Below, in pieces: positions 7,422 through 12,870 of a DNA stretch of 25,738 nucleotides. A program made the translations under genes and the position numbers. Every line of letters starts with the position of its first letter. The first letter of the stretch is position 1. The DNA is from a virus (Duplodnaviria > Heunggongvirae > Uroviricota > Caudoviricetes): IMG/VR virus record IMGVR_UViG_3300024287_000004, positions 64,492 to 90,229 of that record. One strand, given 5' to 3'. The notes below the pieces were generated by a model. It ran no database searches and was not told the DNA's origin. It was given only the letters and a program-made list of their open reading frames with translations.

Positions 7422-7502
7422 GGGGATAGGGACTGCTATGGAGTGGTCACCCGCCTAGCAAGCGGGACAGCAGCCGGGATCGTACCCTCGGTATCTCCAC
7501 CA
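7422..7502 (+). tRNA. tRNA-Ala(AGC)
   Basis: G3-U70 in GGGGATA/TATCTCC, CCCGC-CTAGCAA-GCGGG, ATCGTAC T-loop, ACCA. Confidence 0.85.
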
Positions 7503-7506
7503 AGAT

Positions 7507-7586
7507 TGTCGCGTAGCTCAAAAGACAGAGCAGCCCAACAGGATACCCGAACTGGGCGGTTGTAGGTAAAAACCCTACCGTGACTA
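7507..7586 (+). ncRNA. tRNA-like element with 15-nt anticodon loop and no CCA
   Basis: D-arm GCTC/GAGC, GCCCA/TGGGC stem, GTAGG-TAAAAAC-CCTAC T-arm, 6-bp acceptor. Confidence 0.6.
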
Positions 7587-7721
7587 ACTAGCAATCGCAG
7601 AAGCGGCGTGAGGAAATCATAACTCACTGAGGCAAGTCGCCAAGAAACAGAAAGACAGAAAGTGTCATAGCTAACAAAGCTATAGTGACTTGACAGATCG
7701 GAGAGACGGTCAAAGAACAAC

Positions 7722-7795
7722 GCGGGTTTGGTATAGTGGCTGTGCAGCGTCCTTCCAAGTCGTTTAGGCCGGTTCGATTCCGGCATCCCGCTCCA
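7722..7795 (+). tRNA. tRNA-Gly(UCC)
   Basis: GCGGG acceptor, CTTCCAA loop, U73-CCA. Confidence 0.9.
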
Positions 7796-7801
7796 AGTAA
7801 T

Positions 7802-7876
7802 GCACGCATGGCCGAGTGTCTAGGCGCAGGATTGCAAACCCTGCTTAGCTGGGTTAGATTCCCGGTGCGTGCTCCA
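7802..7876 (+). tRNA. tRNA-Cys(GCA)
   Basis: TTGCAAA loop, U73-CCA, TTAGATT T-loop. Confidence 0.88.
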
Positions 7877-7986
7877 AGGATGTAGTAGCTGGAAGGCAGG
7901 TAAAGCCTGTCAGGCTAAACTCCGGGCCTAGCGGTATCTAGGATTGCCTTCGCCGGGAAGGGACTACAAAAACCGAGCAGAATAAT

Positions 7987-8078
7987 GGGGGAGTGGCGAA
8001 GCTGGTTGAAACGCGCTAGTTTTAGAAACTAGTACAGTTAATGGCACATCGTGGGTTCGACTCCCACCTCCCCTACCA
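7987..8078 (+). tRNA. tRNA-Leu(UAG)
   Basis: CTAGT-TTTAGAA-ACTAG, long variable region, ACCA. Confidence 0.9.
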
Positions 8079-8084
8079 AGTTAC

Positions 8085-8168
8085 GGCGTGTTGATAGAAG
8101 CAGTTACTTCAACTTACTTTTGAAAACAGTGACCGCCGAAAGGCATAGCTGCTTCGCTTGTTACCGCC
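8085..8168 (+). ncRNA. Y-RNA-like element 1
   Basis: GGCG/CGCC and GAAGCAG/CTGCTTC helices around conserved TGTTGATA/GCTTGTTAC internal loop, TTACTTC motif; upstream of the Ro60-like gene. Confidence 0.78.
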
Positions 8169-8199
8169 AAATATTCGGCCTTAAGGGCCTCAGTGTTAC

Positions 8200-8300
8200 G
8201 CTATGTTGATAGTTACAGTTACTTCTCTTCCATTTGAGGCGAGCGGTTCGATTCCGCCGTATCCGGGCTGGTTGCCTTTTCTGTAGCGTTTGTTACTAGC
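8200..8300 (+). ncRNA. Y-RNA-like element 2 (retains a T-arm)
   Basis: GCTA/TAGC and GTTACAG/CTGTAGC helices, same loop and motif; GCGG-TTCGATT-CCGC. Confidence 0.8.
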
Positions 8301-8308
8301 AAATTTTA

Positions 8309-8446
8309 AGTCGTGTTGATTGATACAGTTACTTCTCCTTGTAAGAGAGTGGTCGTTGGTTCGAATCCAACCCCTCGTGTGCTGGTCACACTTGGGTAGC
8401 TCAGTTGGTAGAGCACTTAAAATACCTGTATCGCCTGTTACCGACT
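8309..8446 (+). ncRNA. YrlA-like Y RNA with circularly permuted tRNA domain
   Basis: GTCG/CGAC and GATACAG/CTGTATC helices; inner order is anticodon-like arm, T-arm, closed acceptor-like stem, D-arm. Confidence 0.88.
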
Positions 8447-8497
8447 ACTTATAAAGCCCGTACGGGCAAAACCTAACCAAGAAAAGGAGAACGAGAA

Positions 8498-9808
8498 ATG
8501 TCATCGCTTAATCGTAAAGCAAAGTCCGTTACCGAGCAAAACTATCACGGGCTTGCAGTAAAAAAGTTGAAAGCAGAAGACCAGCTTACCCGGCTGACTC
8601 TGGCTCACATGCTGTTCGAAGATCAGTTTTATATTGACGGTCAATCCTCAGCAGACGCCCTTAAGGCTGCTGTGAAGGCTGCTAACCCGGCTTACACCGT
8701 GGCTCTGGCTAAGACAGCCCGTACGCAGTATAAGCTGCGTCATGTGCCACTGCTGTTGGTGCGTGAGTTGGTGCGTAACGGTAACATCAAGGCCGCTGAA
8801 ATCGCAGACGTTATCCAACGTCCTGACGAGATGGGCGAACTGTTGGCTATCTACAATGCTGAAAAGCGTCAGCCGCTTGCCCATCAGCTTAAGAAGGGTT
8901 TGGCTCTGGCCTTCGGTAAGTTCAACGAATACCAGCTTGCCAAGCACGATAAGAACTCCGCTGCGTACTCTGTCCGTGATGTGATGTTCATGGTGCGCCC
9001 GAAGCCGGTTAGTGAGACTCAAGTAGCGCTGTTTAAGCGCATCTCAGAGGGCCAGATGGTAACCCCAGATACGTGGGAAACCCAGCTTTCGGCAGGGGCA
9101 GACAAGCGCGAGACGTTTGAGCGCCTGATGGCTGAGAAAAAGCTTGGTGCTATGGCGTTCCTGCGCAATTTGCGCAATATGGATCAGGCCGGGGTATCCT
9201 CGACTGTGATTCGTAACTACGCACAGACGCTGGATGTGAACAATGTCCTGCCGTTCCGCTACATCGCCGCAGCACGCGTTGTGCCTCAGTTTGAGGATAT
9301 GTTGGAAGCAATGATGTTCCGCTCGCTGGAAAGCGTAGAAAAGCTTCCGGGTAAGACCCGTTTGCTGGTTGATGTATCGAGTTCGATGTATACACCGAAG
9401 GTGTCTGCAAAGTCTGATATCACTCGACAAGATGCGTCTCTTGCGTTGGCTATGCTGTGCCGGGAAGTGTGCGAACAGGTTGAGATTTACAGCTTTAGCG
9501 GTAAAGCCCTGCGTATTGCGCCTCGTCGCGGTTTCGCTCTGGCTGATGCTATCAAGACTAGCCAAGGTTGTTCCGGTACTTATCTTGCGCAAAGTATCCG
9601 TGACACAGACGGCGAGTATGACCGTACTATCGTAATCACTGACGAGCAATCGAGTGATATGGTTACGGCCCCTAAAGGACATACTAAGGGGTACATCATC
9701 AACGTTGGCGCGTACAAGAACGGTGTGAATCACACTGCATGGACAACGGTTACTGGCTTCTCGGAAGCTGTGTTGGACTACATCAAAGCTGTTGAGAAGC
9801 TTTCGTAA
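8498..9808 (+). CDS. rsr: TROVE-domain / vWA protein, Ro60 (Rsr)-like RNA-binding protein
   Basis: TROVE-type motifs (QLKKGLALAFGKFNEYQLAK, LGAMAFLRNLRNM) and vWA MIDAS LLVDVSSSM...GT...VITDEQS; strong SD AAAAGGAG. Confidence 0.92.
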   Translation: MSSLNRKAKSVTEQNYHGLAVKKLKAEDQLTRLTLAHMLFEDQFYIDGQSSADALKAAVKAANPAYTVALAKTARTQYKLRHVPLLLVRELVRNGNIKAAEIADVIQRPDEMGELLAIYNAEKRQPLAHQLKKGLALAFGKFNEYQLAKHDKNSAAYSVRDVMFMVRPKPVSETQVALFKRISEGQMVTPDTWETQLSAGADKRETFERLMAEKKLGAMAFLRNLRNMDQAGVSSTVIRNYAQTLDVNNVLPFRYIAAARVVPQFEDMLEAMMFRSLESVEKLPGKTRLLVDVSSSMYTPKVSAKSDITRQDASLALAMLCREVCEQVEIYSFSGKALRIAPRRGFALADAIKTSQGCSGTYLAQSIRDTDGEYDRTIVITDEQSSDMVTAPKGHTKGYIINVGAYKNGVNHTAWTTVTGFSEAVLDYIKAVEKLS

Positions 9809-9816
9809 GAAAGGGC

Positions 9817-9845
9817 TTGACAAGCAGCTAGCTAGGTGGTATAGT
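9817..9845 (+). promoter_or_regulatory. Sigma70-like promoter
   Basis: TTGACA-17-TATAGT with AGCTAGCTAG in the spacer. Confidence 0.8.
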
Positions 9846-9888
9846 ACCGATCTAGCTAGCAAAGAGCTTCTAACGAGGCTCCTTAAAA

Positions 9889-9964
9889 ATAACCTTAGTG
9901 ACAGAAACAGTTACTTCTTTCTTTTGGTGAAAACAAACGTTCTGTTTCGCTTTTTCTAGGTTAT
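9889..9964 (+). ncRNA. Y-RNA-like element 4 (minimal), downstream of the Ro60-like gene
   Basis: ATAACCT/AGGTTAT and GAAACAG/CTGTTTC helices, 8x9 internal loop, TTACTTC motif. Confidence 0.72.
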
Positions 9965-9976
9965 CTTTAAGATTGT

Positions 9977-10059
9977 GGGCGAGTGGCTTATGGAAATTGG
10001 CACACCTGCCGGATTCAAACTCCGGGCTTTTGTGGGTTCGAGTCCCACCTTGCCTACCA
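9977..10059 (+). tRNA. tRNA-Leu(CAA), short variable region and long D region
   Basis: CCGGA-TTCAAAC-TCCGG, GTGGG-TTCGAGT-CCCAC, ACCA. Confidence 0.82.
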
Positions 10060-10069
10060 AACAATCAAT

Positions 10070-10156
10070 TGCGGGGTAGAGAGTAGTTGGTAGCTCGTTA
10101 GGCTCATAACCTAAAGTCGAAAGACCCCGCCGGTTCGATCCCGGCTCCCGCAACCA
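10070..10156 (+). tRNA. tRNA-Met(CAU) (initiator/elongator/Ile2 unresolved) with long variable arm
   Basis: TTAGG-CTCATAA-CCTAA, GTC-GAAA-GAC extra arm, ACCA. Confidence 0.88.
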
Positions 10157-10160
10157 ATTA

Positions 10161-10248
10161 GGAAGTAATGCCGAAATGGGTAGGCAGCAGACTTTTAATC
10201 TGCCGAGGGGAAACCCCAGAGTGGGTTCGATTCCCACTGCTTCCACCA
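10161..10248 (+). tRNA. tRNA-Lys(UUU) with long variable arm
   Basis: GCAGA-CTTTTAA-TCTGC, GGGG-AAA-CCCC extra arm, ACCA. Confidence 0.88.
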
Positions 10249-10282
10249 ATATTATATAAAACAGACAGCACGGAGTTAGTCG

Positions 10283-10678
10283 TTGAGTAAGCAAGACCAG
10301 CTAGGGATGAACACTAGCACAGCTAGTGGCAGGTTGGTAAAGGACATTCTTTACAGTCTGGTAGTAAAGACCGGGCAAAATAACTGCTTTGTTTGTGGGT
10401 TCCCGATGTCGAGAGATACTTTCTCTATCGAGCATAAGACTCCGTGGCTAGGCAGTGAAAACCCGGTAAAGTTGTTTTTCGACTTGGAAAACATAGCGTT
10501 TAGCCATCATAAGTGCAATATTCGAGCAGCTAGGAAAACAAGAGCTTCTTGCGGTTCTCCTGCAAAGTACGCAGGCGGTTGTAGATGCGATATTTGCAAA
10601 AGCGGTAACGCGGCAAGGGCTAGGGCGAGGTACAAACCTGAACTACGGGCTGCAAAGTACGCCAGAATCGGCAAATAA
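10283..10678 (+). CDS. HNH-family endonuclease-like protein (paralog A)
   Basis: CxxC...IEHK.PW...N..FSH..CN; TTG start with GGAG; extra C-terminal CRC..C. Confidence 0.75.
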   Translation: MSKQDQLGMNTSTASGRLVKDILYSLVVKTGQNNCFVCGFPMSRDTFSIEHKTPWLGSENPVKLFFDLENIAFSHHKCNIRAARKTRASCGSPAKYAGGCRCDICKSGNAARARARYKPELRAAKYARIGK

Positions 10679-10682
10679 CTAT

Positions 10683-10760
10683 TCCGTAAAACCCGAGCAA
10701 GGGCATGGGCGCGGCTGTTAACCGCTGGATAGCTGGGTTCGATTCCCAGATACGGAGCCA
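10683..10760 (+). tRNA. tRNA-Asn(GUU)
   Basis: GCGG-CTGTTAA-CCGC, TCCGT acceptor, GCCA. Confidence 0.9.
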
Positions 10761-10832
10761 GAATTGTGAGTATCGGGTGTAGCGTTGGTATTTAACTCTC
10801 CGGGATAGCAACCGTCAACGCGGCGTAGCAGT

Positions 10833-10909
10833 ATAGTCATCGTCTAATGGAATAGGACACATCGGCTTTCACCCTTTGGATACGAGTTCGAGTCTCGTTG
10901 GCTATACCA
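10833..10909 (+). tRNA. tRNA-Glu(UUC), weak anticodon stem
   Basis: CTTTCAC loop, ACGAG-TTCGAGT-CTCGT, ACCA; two mismatches in anticodon stem. Confidence 0.8.
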
Positions 10910-10910
10910 C

Positions 10911-11088
10911 AAAAGCATAGACATTTAGGTAGCAAAAGCGAAAACCGCTCGTAGGCATACGAATGGCGAGGTAAATTCGACCGGGGTGGCCCGGACCAAG
11001 TAGCTTCCAAGTACCGTACCTCTAACCGCTTCCGGGGCGGCGAAATGGTTCCGAATGAGGGAGGCGGAACGTAAGTGTCTATACTTTT
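10911..11088 (+). ncRNA. Candidate ~180-nt multibranched ncRNA
   Basis: 16/17-bp closing stem 10911-27/11072-88 enclosing about six hairpins, one with a GGCA tetraloop. Confidence 0.55.
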
Positions 11089-11176
11089 GTGGTAATAAGA
11101 ATGCCCCTTATGGAAGTGCCATGTGGATAGGGACACGAATACTGATACCGTTGCGTTAGGGTGGCATTCTTATTAT

Positions 11177-11251
11177 GGTCTGTTAGCTCAGAGGAAGAGC
11201 AGGGTCTTTACACGGCTCAGGTCGGGATATCGTAATTCTCACAGACTACCA
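11177..11251 (+). tRNA. tRNA-Val(UAC), atypical T-loop
   Basis: TTTACAC loop, ATCGTAA T-loop, ACCA. Confidence 0.85.
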
Positions 11252-11259
11252 AACAACTT

Positions 11260-11345
11260 GGGACGTAGGCAGGATTGGATAACTGCGCCTGACTGTAAAT
11301 CAGGAGTCACCGACTTACTTGGTTCGATTCCAAGACGGCCCACCA
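11260..11345 (+). tRNA. tRNA-Tyr(GUA)
   Basis: CCTGA-CTGTAAA-TCAGG, long variable region, ACCA. Confidence 0.9.
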
Positions 11346-11375
11346 GATTTTTTAAACAGGCATTCAAGGATAGCC

Positions 11376-11681
11376 GTGAGTAACACAGCAATAAAGAAGA
11401 AAAGCAAGCTAGGGATGAATATTAGCACGGCAAATGCAAGGCTACAAAGAGATTTGCTTTACGCGCTTGTTGTGAAAACTGGACAGAACGCGTGCTACAG
11501 GTGTGGCCGTGAAATGACCAGAGAAACGTTTTCAATCGAGCACAAGGTAGGTTGGTTGAATAGCGATGACCCTGTAGGGTTGTATTTCAACTTGGATAAC
11601 ATCTCGTACAGCCACTTAGGCTGTAATTCAAGGGTAACTTCTAGGCGCGGCTATTTACGACCCGGAGAAACGCCGCGATAA
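11376..11681 (+). CDS. HNH-family endonuclease-like protein (paralog B)
   Basis: GTG start with AAGGA SD; 46/73 identical residues to 10283-10678 by manual alignment. Confidence 0.75.
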   Translation: MSNTAIKKKSKLGMNISTANARLQRDLLYALVVKTGQNACYRCGREMTRETFSIEHKVGWLNSDDPVGLYFNLDNISYSHLGCNSRVTSRRGYLRPGETPR

Positions 11682-11710
11682 GTATCTACGCAAAGGTACT
11701 TGAGAATAAA

Positions 11711-11785
11711 GGCTCTATCGTATAGTGGTTATTACGCCGGATTGTCGATCCGAGCACGGGAGTTCAATTCTCCCTAGAGTCGCCA
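11711..11785 (+). tRNA. tRNA-Asp(GUC)
   Basis: CGGA-TTGTCGA-TCCG, GCCA. Confidence 0.9.
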
Positions 11786-11790
11786 AACAT

Positions 11791-11865
11791 ACTCACGCCC
11801 GGTGGACTTCCGGCTCAGCGGCTACGAACCGCAGATGCACCGTTCGACTTGGTGATTGGGGTCCA
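11791..11865 (+). tRNA. tRNA-Arg(ACG), degenerate acceptor stem (possible pseudo-tRNA)
   Basis: GCGG-CTACGAA-CCGC and T-arm intact, TCCA end; acceptor pairs poorly. Confidence 0.6.
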
Positions 11866-11949
11866 AGATAAGCTGCTAACGTCTCCGCTTGCATCGCGGC
11901 ATCCGGCGTTACGGTCTGTAGAAAGAGTCAGGCCAGCTTAGCAGACAAT

Positions 11950-12023
11950 GGCGTGTATAGTGTAATGGGAGCATGGCTGGCTGTGAACCAGTCAGACAGG
12001 GATCGAAACCCGTGCACGCCCCA
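11950..12023 (+). tRNA. tRNA-His(GUG)
   Basis: Encoded G-1:C73 8-bp acceptor, CTGTGAA loop, ATCGAAA T-loop. Confidence 0.9.
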
Positions 12024-12174
12024 CAGAGTACCCTTGAATGGGGCTTGAAGTCCTAGCTTGCTAGGCACTACAGGTTGGCCGTATAGGGGCCACGGGTCGC
12101 AACCGTGGCAAAGAACGGCGTGATGGCACTAAAGTGCATGACTTTTAACGCGTGGGGAATAGTAAAACGCCAAT

Positions 12175-12248
12175 AGTGGGTTAGCTCAAAGGTAGAGCAC
12201 TGGCTTGATAAGCCATAGACGTTGGTTCGATACCATCACTCACTACCA
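12175..12248 (+). tRNA. tRNA-Ile(GAU)
   Basis: TGGC-TTGATAA-GCCA, ACCA. Confidence 0.9.
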
Positions 12249-12257
12249 GAATACTGT

Positions 12258-12332
12258 TGCGGTGTAGCTCAGTGATAGAGCAGCGGAATTTGACTCCGTT
12301 GGTCGGTGGTTTGAATCCACCCACCGTTGCCA
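12258..12332 (+). tRNA. tRNA-Gln(UUG)
   Basis: GCGGA-ATTTGAC-TCCGT, GCCA. Confidence 0.88.
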
Positions 12333-12339
12333 TTACCAT

Positions 12340-12416
12340 AGGTCCGCATGTTCCAAGTCGGCGAACGTGGCTCCAAACCATGTTGAGGAAGGTTAGATTC
12401 CGTTCCGGGCCTGCCA
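12340..12416 (+). tRNA. tRNA-Trp(CCA)
   Basis: CGTGG-CTCCAAA-CCATG, AGGTCCG/CGGGCCT acceptor, GCCA. Confidence 0.88.
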
Positions 12417-12426
12417 TAACAAGCTA

Positions 12427-12456
12427 TTGACAAAGATAGCTATCTAGTGCTATACT
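12427..12456 (+). promoter_or_regulatory. Sigma70-like promoter with palindromic spacer
   Basis: TTGACA-18-TATACT; AGATAGCTATCT palindrome in the spacer. Confidence 0.7.
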
Positions 12457-12468
12457 AAGCACGCAAAT

Positions 12469-12559
12469 GGAAGATTAACCAGCCGGGGCGCTGGCGTGGT
12501 TTGCTAAACCTACGGTGCGCTTTGCAGCGCATGGCAGTCGGGATGTCAGTCTTCCGCCA
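12469..12559 (+). tRNA. tRNA-Ser(GCU)
   Basis: TTGCTAA loop, TGCGC/GCGCA long arm, 5-bp D-stem, atypical T-loop GTCGGGA, GCCA. Confidence 0.85.
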
Positions 12560-12697
12560 AAAATAAGGAGCTTGTATGCGCTATATTAAGCCGAAAGGTG
12601 TAAGTGATCCTATCTCCCGTCTTAGGCGGGAAGAAGGTTGGAATAGCGACAAGCGAAAAAAGACCCTATTTAAGAATAGGGCAATGTTAGATAAATT

Positions 12698-12787
12698 GGA
12701 GGGTAATCTAGCCGGGGATGCTAGCGTTGCCTTGAAAGCATCTGGAACGTCATACGTCAGGGGTTCGATTCCGCCTGCCCTCCGCCA
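12698..12787 (+). tRNA. tRNA-Ser(UGA)
   Basis: CTTGAAA loop, long arm, GGAGGG acceptor, GCCA. Confidence 0.88.
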
Positions 12788-12793
12788 TACAAC

Positions 12794-12869
12794 GCGTCTA
12801 TAGCACAATGGATAGTGCATGGGCCTTCTACTCCCAACGGTGGGGGTTCGACTCCCTCTAGACGCTCCA
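12794..12869 (+). tRNA. tRNA-Arg(UCU)
   Basis: GCGTCTA/TAGACGC acceptor, CTTCTAC loop, TCCA. Confidence 0.88.
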
Positions 12870-12870
12870 A

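Noticed and set aside
7690-7718. TTGACA as a promoter
   Set aside because: No -10 hexamer at 16-18 nt; it is better explained as a TTGAC/GTCAA inverted repeat
8331-8418. Calling element 3 an ordinary tRNA-Thr gene
   Set aside because: The arms are permuted (D-arm last), the acceptor is closed and there is no free CCA
8085-8446. Tandem TGTTGAT...CAGTTACTTC repeats as a CRISPR array
   Set aside because: Spacing is irregular, each unit has a complementary 3' half with compensatory changes, and no cas gene is present; this fits paralogous structured RNAs
10770-10825. GCGTTG/CAACGC hairpin with a tRNA-like 5' start
   Set aside because: No recognisable T-arm or anticodon arm; insufficient support
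12794-12869. Possible amber suppressor (CTA in the anticodon region)
   Set aside because: The stem register places TCT at 34-36 (loop CTTCTAC), i.e. Arg(UCU)
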